Part shown: piece after piece, positions 26,983 through 39,840 of the stretch
How positions within the stretch are numbered: the stretch's first letter is position 1
Layout of the letters: each line of letters starts with the position of its first letter
Source of the DNA: Octopus vulgaris
Lineage: Eukaryota
Assembly (NCBI GenBank): GCA_951406725.2
Contig: OX597835.1
Span: 24,986,001 to 25,050,000 of the forward strand
Reading direction: 5' to 3'
Length of the DNA stretch: 64,000 bases
Translations under genes and position numbers: made by a program
The notes under the pieces: model-generated
Seen by the model: the letters and a program-made list of their open reading frames with translations, nothing else
Told to the model about the DNA's origin: nothing
Database searches by the model: none

Positions 26983-27210
26983 AAGGTTAAAGACTCCCTT
27001 CGGCCATGAATGATCATCAGATTGTACCCTAGAAAGTCCCTTTCCTAGGCAGAAGTCCGGGCAAGATTGGTTGTTTTTTTATGGAAGACCAGCAGTTGCC
27101 CATGCATACCAACCTCTCCTCTTCCACGTCACTGATGTTGTCTAAGGGAAAGGCAAAGGGGCCGATACAGCTTGGCTCTAGTGACGGCGCAACTCATTTC
27201 TACAGTTGAA
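26983..27210 (-). mobile_element. SINE tail Z fragment
   Basis: Reverse complement of about 10930-11146. Confidence 0.7.
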
Positions 27211-27314
27211 TATCACTTTTATAACATCTGGTTTAAACTTATTTTACATACATACATACGTGTGTGTGTATATATATACATATATATACATACATATACA
27301 TATATGTGTATATC

Positions 27315-27381
<67 letters not shown>

Positions 27382-27519
27382 CAACCATCCAGATTTCTGA
27401 GTACCTCATTTCTTCTCATATATAATACCTGTGTGTGTGTGTGTGTGTGCATGTATATATGCATACACATACACACATAGACACACACACACACACGCGC
27501 AAACATATACATGCAGACA

Positions 27520-27579
<60 letters not shown>

Positions 27580-27730
27580 CTATCCTTTTTATCCAGTTTA
27601 ATCTACCTTAACGATTTCAGCGTTCATATTTGAGTATGTTTTCTCTAAATGCGTCAAATTAACAGGCAAACACTGTGTACATAAGATTTTATGTCTATAT
27701 CACACACACACACACTCTCTCTCTCATATC

Positions 27731-27771
<41 letters not shown>

Positions 27772-28924
27772 TTTATGTATGTATGTCTAAATGTGCGTTT
27801 GTGTACGCAAATTTTCTGATCGTGAAAATTAAATCACAACGTTTGATAAGATAATAAATAATATGAAAATAAAAATAAGAGAAACGCTAAGAAGTTTTGG
27901 GAAAGAGCGGGAAAATCACATTAAAAAAATCAGTGTGTTGTAAAGAAAGGTTATGGCCGACTTCACATCCATTCATGTCATCGTGTGTAAGCGATGCCGA
28001 CCACAATATCTCAACCTACTGTTGCATAAAAGGACACAGTCTTGTGTGTATACATATATATATATGACATAGTGTATGGTGTGTCTGTGTGTGTGTGTGT
28101 GTGCTTTGTACACACACATACGATCGCTTCCGTACGCACGATCCGCCTCTCTCCTCCCTTGTATCTCTCTAATTGTAGTTGACATTGTGTAAATGCGCAC
28201 ACACACACACACAAACACGCACGCACACACAAACACGCACCTATGCACGCGCACATATACACACATTCGAACACAATGTACTTTCTGTGTCTCTTGTATA
28301 TACTGCCATACGTACTGCACAATATGTGGTTGTATGTGTCACTATACACACACGTGTGTGTATGTATATATATATATATATACATACATACATACACACA
28401 AACACACACACACATGCAGGGTATTGAAAACTTCCTTCTAGCTTTGGGTAAAGGATAACAGAATCAATTATGATTTTATCCAACATATTCCTTTCTTAGA
28501 TTCACATACTTATTACAGCGGTCCTTCAGTTTTTCTGAGCCCTGTAAAAGAACTCGACACGTTGGGCCTCCTGCACTCATGAAACAGTCAACACACACAT
28601 AATTGAGAAAGTTGGCACCAAAGTCGAAACCAGTCAACCATTTCTTTGTAAAAAAAAAAACGTTATACCGTGCACATGCATGTTGAGTATTTCTTCACTT
28701 TATGTTTGAACACGCAACACGTGTGTATAAATCACAATTAGTCTTTTCTCGAACCCCTGTCAAAAGCATCCACTTTCTAGCCGACCCTAAATTTTCTCTA
28801 CCCTTTCACATTTGTATCTCCTGAGTATTGTGCGCACACATATGCACACACACGACTATAGTTGATCCATTTGCTAGACATAGCAACCAAATTTTCCCCA
28901 ATTTTACCCTTGAAGCCTTTAATG

Positions 28925-29072
28925 CTGGCATGAATAACCCTTTTTCGAGAAGCGGGTAACAAAAGATATGTCTTGTGATCGAGCAGGCCGCACAACTAAA
29001 AAAGATTTCAAGGTAATATTTTGTTAAGGATGACATTCAGAAACTCCGCAGGCCGCAGTTTGCTCATGACAG
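28925..29072. mobile_element. Short hAT-like MITE
   Basis: Imperfect TIR ctggcatgaataac / gtttgctcatgacag with internal ggccgca motifs; flanks ctttaatg/ctttgaaa. Confidence 0.55.
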
Positions 29073-29164
29073 CTTTGAAACAAGGATGACCATATCAAAT
29101 AAAATAAACCCACTTTGATTAAACTTTTGAAAACAAGACGTGGTGGTCACCGATTATTTGGAAT

Positions 29165-29925
29165 CTACCAGACAAAATGTTTAGCGGCATTTTGTCCGTT
29201 TTTAAGACAGAGTTCAAATTCCGCCAAGGTCAACTTTGCTTTTTCGTCCTTCCGGGGTCGATAAAATAAGCACCAGTTGAGTACTGGGGTCAATGCAAAT
29301 TTCAGCTTTAGTCCCTACAGTAAAAAGGATTATTATTGCTTTTCATCTTTTCGGGGGTCAATATATTAAGTACCAGCGAAACACTTGGGTCGATGTAATC
29401 GACTAGTCCCCCCACTTCCAATTTCAGACGTTGTGCCTATAACAGAAAAGATTATTATTAAAGGGGGTGAGCTGGCAGAATCGTTAGCATGCCAGGCGAA
29501 ATGCTTAGCACTGTTTCACCTGTTGCTACGTTCTGAGTTCAAATTCCGCCGAGGTCGACTTTGCCTTTCATTCTTTTAGGGGCGATAAATTAAAGTACCA
29601 GTTACGTACTAGGGTCGATCTAATCGACTGGTCCCCTCTCCAAAAATTTTGGGCCTTGTGTCTCGAGTAGAAAAGACTATGATGATTATTAAGGCCCCGA
29701 GATGGCAAAATCGTTAACAAGCCGTAGTCGATGCTTAGAAAACTTCTTGCTGTTTTATGTTCTAAGTTCAAATTCCGCTGAGGTCGACTTTGCCTTTCAT
29801 CCTTTCGAGGGGTCGATAAAATAAAGTATCAGTTAAGCACTGGGGATGGGGAGTAGGCGTCGCTGTACTCGAATAGCTCTCTTCCTCCAAAATTTCAGGC
29901 CTTGTGCCTAAATTAGGAGAGTGAA
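29165..29925 (+). mobile_element. Head-to-tail array of about four SINE family B units
   Basis: Core ggggtcgataaa..aagtaccag (or variant) recurs near 29255, 29355, 29580 and 29810, with units joined through attatt tails. Confidence 0.85.
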
Positions 29926-30020
29926 ATTATTGCAATCATTTCGACTCCATTATGACCGTGACCACCACCACCACCATCATTAATACTATTAGCAGCACTA
30001 CGTCTATATTAACACCTCTC

Positions 30021-30250
30021 AGGGCGGCGAGCTGGCAGAAACGTTAGCGCGCCGGGCGAAATGCTTAGCACTGTTTTCACCTGTTGCTACGTTCTGAGTT
30101 CAAATTCCGCCGAGGTCGACTTTGCCTTTCATCCTTTCGGGGTCGATAAATTAAGTACCAGTTACGCACTGGGGTCGATGTAATCGACTTAATCCCTTTG
30201 TCTGTCCTTGTTTGTCCCCTCTATACTCTTGTGGGTAGTAAAAGAAATAT
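30021..30250 (+). mobile_element. SINE family B, young full-length copy with TSD
   Basis: Full head, core and tail; flanked by the direct repeat tatattaacacctctc at 30005-30020 and 30250-30265. Confidence 0.92.
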
Positions 30251-30663
30251 ATATTAACACCTCTCCCGCCATCATCACTAACACTACCGCCTCCGCCAGC
30301 ACGATACCACCACCATCACCACTACGATACTACCGTCACCACTGCTATTATAACACCGTTATACAATCGCTGCCGCCGTCATCACCGCTATCACCACCAC
30401 CATCATCATTACCGGTGAACCATTGATATAACTGACAGCTGCCATAACTAATGAATGAAACGGTCTCGTTAGTGTTGGCTACACAAACACACATATATAT
30501 ACGTACAACAGACACAAACACACACACACAAACATACATTATTTGTGACGGGGAGAGAAGGAACAGAATGACTTGTTGTCTGTGCGTAATTTTACGTTAT
30601 GCTGTTGTTCCACTGATTACACACACACACACACACACAGAGCACGCAATGTCACACCCAGTG

Positions 30664-30698
<35 letters not shown>

Positions 30699-30934
30699 TG
30701 ACACCGACACACACATGCACACACACACATTCACACATACAGACATATACATACTTATCGATACTCATCTCTCCCTTTCACTCATTTATGCGCGCGCCTA
30801 CACACGCGCGCACAGACATCCCATTTACCTTTTTACATCCATTGACACGCACACACACCTATCGATACATAAGCACAACAAATTATACACACACAAACAT
30901 AAACGTGTGTGTGTTTGTGTGTATATTTGCGCGC

Positions 30935-30978
<44 letters not shown>

Positions 30979-31701
30979 CGTACACCATAATACTCCTCCC
31001 TCTCTTCCCAATACATATGTACAGACACTGTATCATTTCTCTGATAATCACGTGTTGATTATGTAACGAAACATACGAAAGAAGCCACACGCATACGTGC
31101 ATACGCACGCACGCACGCGCGCGCGCGCGCACACACACACACACACATGCAAAGAGACACACAACCACACAACACGCGTAGACAGACCTAAATCCATTCA
31201 ATCGTAGGACAACAGAAATCAGACCTTCATTCAATGAAAAGGAAACAAGCAAGTGACAGACTTGACATGTCTATCTTTATTACGCTAACACACACACACA
31301 CACACACACACGCACGCACGCACGGACGGACGGACACACACGTTCGTTGTTATAAAATAATCTCATACACACACACACACACACACACACGTACGTTTTC
31401 CCTCTTTTTTTCCCCTCCTCTCCATCTCCGACACAATGGATGTTGGGTCAATTCACAGAAAATATAAGTGAGGTGGGCGTTTTAAGCGAAGTGGTTTCAA
31501 ATAGTGCTTCTTCTACCAACTCCGAGATCTTAAACACATTTTTTAAAAATAAACATATATTTCTCGATATCAGTCGCAAAATATAAAACTTCGCTATTTA
31601 TGTTGACAGGAAGAATGGAACTCAAAATTGAGTCTATTCTTTTATACGTTTCAGCCCTAAGGCTGTAGCCATGCTGGGGCACCCCTATATGTATATTTTT
31701 A

Positions 31702-31790
31702 TTAATATTTAGCAGAAATACGTGCGTTGATAAGTGTCAACGCACGAAACTGTCGGACCTTGAGTCACTGTTACTTCTGCTAAATATTAA
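31702..31790. repeat. 89-bp foldback unit with 16-bp perfect TIR and internal 10-bp hairpin
   Basis: TTAATATTTAGCAGAA / TTCTGCTAAATATTAA; inner CGTGCGTTGA-taagtg-TCAACGCACG. Confidence 0.8.
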
Positions 31791-32639
31791 CTGTGTGATG
31801 ACAAGAAGAATAGAGGAAGAAAGTAATTTTATTACTTTACTTAACAATTGTTTTATCTTAATTCAATACAATCAATCTTGCAACATTATGCAATAATAAG
31901 TGAGACTATTCATTAATTTTCCATGTCATTTAGGTTAACTTTGATAACGCATCTTTAATACGATTTTTCACAAAAAGTTAAAAAGGAAAAGAAAAGTGTA
32001 CTGACTTTGACTTGTTCCACTAAATCCTTCAAGGCGGCGGTCTAATTAATGACTGAAACAAGTAAAAGAGAAAAGACGTATTATCTCTCTAAATATCATC
32101 AATAATTCTATTATTAAATACCAGTGAATATAAAGAGCATACAAACAATTAATGAGTGTGTGTTTAAAATGGCGACCGCTTTGCAAAATGCTTTGCGGTG
32201 TTTCGACACACAAATCTGAGATCAAGACACTCGCCAAACAAGCAACAGCTAAAGAATCACAACACAACCACCACGACCACCACCAATCACTACCAACAAC
32301 AACAACAATAACCATTATTATCATCATTGAGGTTTTCGTTAAAAACTATGAAAAACTATGAAAAAATGTTGTTGGTATATATTTTGAGAAAGTTTTTTTG
32401 AACAGCTTATCATCTTCGCTTTTACACATACAATCTGTTCTACCGTTAATCTTCTTCGGCTCAGCCTGTTTTTTTTTTTCTTTGTTTTTTTTTGTCTCCT
32501 CCTCCTACTCTTGCATCACCACCAGCTCCTCCTCCTCTGCCGCCGTCTCTTCCACATTTTCTTTATCTTTATCTTTTTAACATAGCGGCCTCTTATCTTT
32601 TGGTGCATATTTCAACCAACACGCCCAATTACTTGTCGT

Positions 32640-32862
32640 GGCTGCTTCTACTACTACTACTACTACTATTACTACTACTACCACCACTACTACTGCTGCT
32701 ACAACTACCACTACTACTCACAACAACCATCATCACTACCACAACTACCACCATCGCCACTGCAACCACGACCACTATTGCTATTACTACCACCACCACC
32801 ACTAGCTCCACCATCACTACAACTATCACCACTACTACTACTACTGCCGCTGCTGCTGCTAA
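32640..32862. repeat. Compound (CTA/CCA/CTG)n trinucleotide tract
   Basis: Direct inspection. Confidence 0.9.
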
Positions 32863-32949
32863 CTAGTACAACGGACTCTTTAAGATCACTACAAGTAACT
32901 TAACTACCATTAAGCAACTACCGGCACCAAAGTTCTAGTCATATGTAGA

Positions 32950-33350
32950 GGCGCCAGCCTGGTTGTGTGGTTAAGAAGCTAGCTTTGCAACCTCGTAGTT
33001 TTAGGTTCAGTCCCACAATGAAGCACCTCGGGCAAGTGTCTCCTATTATATCCCCTAAAGCCCATCGTGTGTGTGTGATTGTCTCTTTATGTTTATTCCC
33101 CCACCATGGCGGTGAATTCAATAGGAGCCGGTTTAACCCCTCCCGAGCGAATGTCATGACCAGACAAGACAGATTCACCACCACAGTTTGACAGCCGGTG
33201 TTCGTTTGTTTACGTCCCCTTTACTTGGAGCGATTCGGCAAAAGGAGTCCGACAGCATAGGTACCAGACTTAAAGAAGTTGTTCGTCTACAACTCTTGAA
33301 GGCTGTGCTCCAGCATGGCCTCAGTCCAATGAATGAAACAAGTATAAGGT
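32950..33350 (+). mobile_element. SINE family A, diverged, with a short internal insertion
   Basis: Head, ctcgggcaagtgtct body and ctccagcatggcc tail present. Confidence 0.7.
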
Positions 33351-33432
33351 GCAAGAAACATGGTAAAAGTCTCTCCCCAACTACATCCCTACTGTCTTGT
33401 GAAAGAGAGGATAACACAGTGCATAATGTCAT

Positions 33433-33470
<38 letters not shown>

Positions 33471-33673
33471 CAAGCTGAGATGGAGCTTCTTTGACAATTT
33501 GGGTCTATCGTATGAAGAATAACAATTTAAACATGTCCTTCTTACAACACTGAGTGCATTTCATAGTTAGGGTTAATTCCTTCTAGGAACAGCTTAAAGC
33601 GTCTTCGGTTTTAACACCACCAAACTAATCCTCTGTGTGTGTGTGTGTGCGCGTCAAAAACTTAATATATATA

Positions 33674-33835
33674 GGCGCAGGAGTGGCTGTGTGGTAAGTA
33701 GCTTGCTAACCAACCACATGGTTCCGGGTTCAGTCCCACTGCGTGGCATCTTGGGCAAGTGTCTTCTGCTATAGCCTCGGGCCGACCAATGCCTTGTGAG
33801 TGGATTTGGTAGACGGAAACTGAAAGAAGCCTGTC

Positions 33836-33891
<56 letters not shown>

Positions 33892-34096
33892 TTGTGTTTG
33901 TTCCCCTAGCATTGCTTGACAACCAATGCTGGTGTGTTTACGTCCCCGTCACTTAGCGGTTCGGCAAAAAGAGACCGATAGAATAAGTACTGGGCTTACA
34001 AAAAGAATAAGTCCCGGGGTCGAGTTGCTCGACTAAAGGCAGTGCTCCAGCATGGCCGCAGTCAAATGACTGAAACAAGTAAAAGAGAAAAAGAGT
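33674..34096 (+). mobile_element. SINE family A reference copy (tRNA-like head, CORE-like cttgggcaagtgtct body, internal (TA)n, aaaagag tail)
   Basis: A box tggctgtgtgg, B-box-like ggttcagtccc; about 20 related full or partial copies in the window. Confidence 0.92.
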
Positions 34097-34486
34097 AATA
34101 TCGCCTTAATTTAGCATCACTACATGTTCTTTGTGAAGGTGATAGACCTAGTAGTAGTTTAGATGTTGCACTCACGATCGCAAGAACGTTGTTTCGATGC
34201 CGGGACGGGGCGGCGAGTCGTCTTCGCGAGCAAAAATGCTTCATTTTACGTGGTTTAAGTCCAATCACTTATAGATTAGTAACCGTGCAACGGCAACGAA
34301 CTGGTGGTACCCGTTCAGGTGATAGATGTCGTGACCCATGGAAACCGGGTAACCATTCCTATAAACCCTAAGGACACAAGAAAAATATACTTACAGGTTC
34401 TTTGGGTGTTTGGAGGTTGTCTATTGGGCTTAATATGACATCTTCGTTAACACCTCTACCGCCAGTCTTTTTGCGTTTTCAGATAT

Positions 34487-34835
34487 TGATTTCAAAATTT
34501 GGCGCAAGACCAGCACAGTTTGTGGGAAGGTTGAAAGTCAATTAATCAACTGGTAGTTATTTTATCGACGCTGGCAGGATTTTTAACGGACGAAATGCCG
34601 CTAAGAATTTTGCCCGGCGTTCTAACAATTGTGCCAGCTCACCTTATAATGATTTCAAATTTTGGCACAAGACCAGCAATTTCGGGGGTGGTGGGTTGAT
34701 CGATTAAATCGACTCAAGTAATTCAACTGGTATTTATTTTATCGACCCCGAGAGGACGAAAAGGCAAAGTCGACCTCGGTAGAATTTGAACTCAGAACGT
34801 AAGGTGTGCAAAGGATTCTGCCAACCCGCCGCCCT
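34487..34835 (-). mobile_element. Two head-to-tail SINE family B units
   Basis: gatttcaaa(a)tttggc(g/a)caagaccagca tail repeated at about 34488 and 34651. Confidence 0.75.
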
Positions 34836-35037
34836 AATAACAATAATTCGTTCCAATCACCAAAACGGCAGCACTAATTCTTAGTATTTTATGAGACATG
34901 AATTAAAATAAGAAATGGTAGTCGGCTCCTATCTTATTTCGCAATAATTCTTTGCTGTAAAAGAATATCGTTGTTTTTCAGTACAAAATGTCCTAGATTC
35001 TAAAGAGTTAAAAAGATGTGACACGTGAAGCCCCGCG

Positions 35038-35106
<69 letters not shown>

Positions 35107-35352
35107 ATACATACACAGACATGTAATATATGTGGAGGGTGTGTGTGTGCGTGTGTGTGTTGTTTTCCATCTTTTTGGTATATGTAGGGTTCCTGGGAAA
35201 AATGGTAAAAGTTGTATTTGGAATAATTGTTAGTGTCTGTTAATCATCCCACCTCGTGTGTTTGTGTGCACCACATGTTATGTACGTGACAAGTACATAT
35301 ATATGTATAAATATATACACATATAGATACACACGCACAAACATACATTCAA

Positions 35353-35385
<33 letters not shown>

Positions 35386-35789
35386 TACACACATGAACAA
35401 ACACCATAGCTCGAAAGTATATATATATTCTGATATATATTCCAGGTTTGACAAGGTCGTGGAAATCTAAGGCTCATGTTTCTTGGTTAGGAAAGAACGC
35501 AATTCAAAGAATACAACAACTGTGTACGCCTCTCCACGTTATACCCGTATGTGTGTGTTTGTGCACAGAAAGTGTTAAGTTTATCTTCTCTATATATACA
35601 TGTGTGTGTGTGTGATATATATTTCCACGTAACGGGTCCTTGCTGTCGAAGAGAATGTTTATCTTTCAACTGGCACCGAGCGTTTGTGACTGTCATGCGG
35701 CTTTTAGGCTACGAAGCGTGACGATAATTTTCAAGAGCTTCTAAGCGTTACGAGACACACAGTGAGTGAGAAAGAGAGACAGTGGGGAA

Positions 35790-35830
<41 letters not shown>

Positions 35831-36117
35831 CATACACACGCAAGCAATAGAGAGATGGGGAGAGAGTGAGAGTGAAAGAGCAAAACGACCGTTTTCGCGT
35901 CGTACTTTTAAAGACTTCCAGTTCGCAAAATATTTTGCTCTCTCTCGGACGGACACTCACACACACACACACACTGAAAAAGAAAGAAATAAAGAGAAAA
36001 ACAGAGAAAGAGAGATAAACGAATACAAGTAGACATACATAAGGGAATAAAAACAACTTTTTTCTATTAATTTGTTTTAGTGTCTAAGAATGTATGGTAT
36101 ATATAAATATATATACC

Positions 36118-36162
<45 letters not shown>

Positions 36163-37371
36163 ACACACACACATATATATTATACCACACATATATTATA
36201 CATACATATATATATATATATGTATATACACACACACACACGTGTATGTATGGTATATATATATATATATATATATATAAATATGTGTGTATGTACGTAT
36301 GGCATGTGTGTCTTACGGATTTAGCGATTAACCAAAGGGTGTTCGCTTTTAGCGAAATCATAGCCCCTCTCAAGAATTTAATTCGTACAAAGTCCATTTG
36401 GGTATCTAGTTTCCTTGATCTTTAATTCAAGAACTTTGCCCCCCTCCGTCTCTCCATCCATCTATCTATCTATCAGTCTAAGTGTCTGTCTGTCTATCTA
36501 TCTATCTCATTGCATGTGTGTCTTTGTGTCTGTCTTCATTCCCTACCGCTTGACAACTGTTGCTGGTGTGCTCGCCTCCCCGTAACTTAGCGGTTCATGA
36601 AAAAGCAGAACGATAAGTACTGGGTTTAGATTTGTTCGACTAAAAGTTCTAAAGTTCTTCAAAGCCGTGCCCCAACATGGCCGCAATTTGAATGACAGAA
36701 GCAGATGAAAAAATTATATATACACACACACACAGACGAAACTCTCGTCACTTTCCTGAGACGGATTTCAAATATTTGGGGCTTCGTTAAATAAACACGC
36801 GTCATGATACATTTAGCACTAGGTCAGTGTTGACTGAACAGAGAGGTGCTATATGACCAGAAGGCTTTCCATCCACAACCACACACCACTCATCTCTTCG
36901 ACCACAGTTTATCTAGGACTACATTGTCTAATGTCAATATGGTCTCTTTTTCATGAGATTGATTTTAAGGAGATTTGGCTTCTATTTCTAGCAGGCTTGA
37001 TGCGGATCACTTAGATAATGCTCCACTTTTGGTGTGTGTTGGAATTAAACATTTATTGAAATACAGAAGTAGGAGGAAAATTACAGAAAAGAATTTTAAA
37101 AAAGAGCGTCAACGACTATTGAAGAGGTTGCAAGACGCAACGAAAATTTTAGAAAAAAAAAAAATGAGTGGAAATGGAACCGATGAGTGTGTTAGGTAAT
37201 AAGGCACTAAAAAACATGACTCTCTCCAGACAATAAAATATGCTTCAATACACGAATTCACATAAAGAATCTTGCAAATCAAATACAAAAACGAAATTTT
37301 AAAAAAGAGTTAGAGCTAAAACCAGATGTATATACTATAGGGGACGAAATACTTGAAACAGAAATCGTGTG

Positions 37372-37378
37372 AAAAAAA
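37372..37378 (-). terminator. Putative Pol III oligo-T terminator of the tRNA-like gene
   Basis: T7 run 7 nt downstream of the tRNA 3' end on minus. Confidence 0.45.
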
Positions 37379-37385
37379 TATATAT

Positions 37386-37458
37386 AAGAGAATTTGGGTA
37401 TCGATCCTAGTACCTCTCGTATGTAAAGCGAGCGCTCTACCAACTGGGCTAATTCCCT
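37386..37458 (-). tRNA. tRNA-Ala-type gene body with TAC (Val) anticodon; probable pseudogene
   Basis: 73 nt AGGGAATTAGCCCAGTTGGTAGAGCGCTCGCTTTACATACGAGAGGTACTAGGATCGATACCCAAATTCTCTT; 7/7 acceptor stem including G3:U70; Ala-type GATCGAT T loop; one mismatch in the D stem, one in the anticodon stem and two in the T stem. Confidence 0.75.
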
Positions 37459-37562
37459 AAACTGTACTATAATTGCTTATTTTCAATAATTTAAAACAAA
37501 AATAGCAACAGGTCTTCTGTTTGCAAATGGTGGATATTCTATTAGGGAGTCTGTTACTGCTC

Positions 37563-37596
<34 letters not shown>

Positions 37597-37599
37597 GCA

Positions 37600-38342
37600 G
37601 GCACTTGTTTCCTCATAACTTCCAGAAAAATGGATATTAATGAAATTTTTCCACATATACGCTTCAGATGGTGTACATTCCGCTTATATCGGAATTTGTT
37701 ATGAAAATGTTTTTCCGAAGGATAAGGAAGATGGAGTTTTGGAAAATTCCCACGAGACAGCAGGTTTCCTCATAACTTGAATAAAATTGAGTAATTTTCA
37801 ATGAAATTTTCTAGAAATATATTTTATGTGGTGTAGATTACAATTATATATATCGGAATTTAATTTAAAGGAAGAAAAAAATAGTGGGCGCGTACACATA
37901 CATACCGACACACATCACATATTTCTACAAAACGATACTTTTTTTGAAAAAAAAAAGTTAACGATACTTAAAAAAAGTTATGTGTATCAGTATGTGTGTA
38001 TGTATGTATGTGTGTATGTATGTAAGTGTGTATGTATATGTGCGTATGTGTAGGTATGTGTGTATGTATGTGTGTGTATGTATGTGTGTATGTATGTGTA
38101 GGTATGTGTGTATGTATGTAAGTGTGTATGTATGTGTGCGTATGTGTATGTATGTGTGTGTTTGTATGTATGTATGTATGTGTGTATGTATGTATGTGTG
38201 TGTGTATGTATGTATGTATGTGTGCGTAGCCCACCATTTTTGGGGTTTTTTTTTCTCGCATTAAATTCTTATATAATTGTAATCTACACTGCTCGAAAGG
38301 CATTTGTAGAAAATTTTCATTGGAAAATATTAATTTTTCTAA
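37600..38342. mobile_element. Foldback-type repeat: two direct subrepeats plus an inverted copy enclosing a (GTAT)n tract
   Basis: Arm 37781-37898 is the imperfect reverse complement of 38221-38342 (shared caatgaaa(a)ttttcta and gtgtagattacaattatata); direct copy at 37605-37710. Confidence 0.65.
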
Positions 38343-38577
38343 AGGGGTTTGATCAAACAAAACCGGAGGAGCATTAGCCTACGAAAGAAACCAGTGTCCT
38401 AAAACCCAGTATGTTGTTAGTTGATAGTGGCTACCAAGGATCTCGATGATGCGGTGTTGTTTATTTATATGTTTAAAGACCTTTTCTGAATTCAACGAAA
38501 TGAGGTGATCCACGTTGCTAGAAATAGCAGTCAAATCTGCTAGAAACATGGGCAAAATTTCCATCAAATCACGCTGC

Positions 38578-38619
<42 letters not shown>

Positions 38620-38630
38620 CATACATACAT

Positions 38631-38663
<33 letters not shown>

Positions 38664-38866
38664 CATACACACACACACACACATATATATATACATACAC
38701 ACACACACACATATATATATACATACATCATACACACACACACACACATATATATATACATACACACACACATATATATATACATACATCATACACACAC
38801 ACACACATATATATACATACATCATACACACACACACACATATATACATACACACTCATACTATAA

Positions 38867-38901
<35 letters not shown>

Positions 38902-39171
38902 CAAAATTTAGAGGAGTGACCCCTAATAGTGGACACCCTCTATGCTAGATATAGACGTCAAACTCGCCATTTACCACGAAGAATATTCAGATTTTAAAAA
39001 AAATACGCTAGGCCACTGGTTTGAATTGATTAATATTAATTTCTACCCTTATTTAATTTTATATATATATATAAATTTATATAAATAAGGATAAGATCGT
39101 TAATTTAAAATAAAATAACAATTTTATCAAGAGGCCAGCATGGAAAAAATAACCTTCAAAGGTAATAATTA

Positions 39172-39222
39172 TTAAAATTATAAATTAGGGTATCTCGTAG
39201 ATACCCTAATTTATGATTTTAA
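39172..39222. repeat. 24-bp near-perfect palindrome with 3-nt loop
   Basis: TTAAAATTATAAATTAGGGTATCT-cgt-AGATACCCTAATTTATGATTTTAA, one T.G pair. Confidence 0.85.
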
Positions 39223-39684
39223 ATATATATATATAAAATAAAAAGATATGGCTTAATGTAATCCTGGATTCACTGTAAATGAGGGGAAAAACAAGAAAGA
39301 ATGTTTTTAATCATGCCTGGTTGACCAGGACCGACCTACGGTTAAACACTAACAATAAAATACTTCTCTCGGGTTTTAAGTATCTTTTTCAACTCATTAG
39401 TTGTTTAGCCCGTCTGTCTTGAGAGAGTAGAACTTTAATCAACGATGCTCCAACCATGGCTCTCTCTCTCTCCTTTGTCTTATTTTCAAATGAATATTTA
39501 AAGACATCTTGCAATTTTTCTCGCCATCTTTTCTGCAAGTGGGTTGTGCGTAACTTGAGGTATATCTAACTATTATTTCTAGTGGTAATTCCTTGTTGTT
39601 TTCTCGAAAGTTTTCGGAAAAAGTATGACTTATCATACATTTTCATATCCCCATGGAACGACATCATTTTCGAAACTTCAGACA

Positions 39685-39840
39685 TACTCTCTTTTTTTCT
39701 CTCTTTTACTTGTTTCAGTCATTTGACTGCGGCCATGCTGGAGCACTGCCTTTAATCGAGCAACTCGACCCCGGGACTGATTCTTTTGTAAGCCCAGTTC
39801 TTATTCTATCGGTCTCTTTTGCCGAACCGCTAAGTAACGT
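39685..39840 (-). mobile_element. SINE family A, 3' fragment
   Basis: ctcttttacttgtttcagtcatttgactgcggccatgctggagc...gccgaaccgctaagtaacg. Confidence 0.85.

Noticed and set aside
33674-33745. SINE heads as tRNA genes
   Set aside because: A and B boxes are present but there is no cloverleaf, and each continues into a SINE body.
34389-34480. Minus-strand exon ending at a GTAAGT donor (KRKKTGGRGVNEDVILSPIDNLQTPKEP)
   Set aside because: There is no credible acceptor, an in-frame stop lies immediately upstream, and the phase does not match the 24457 candidate.
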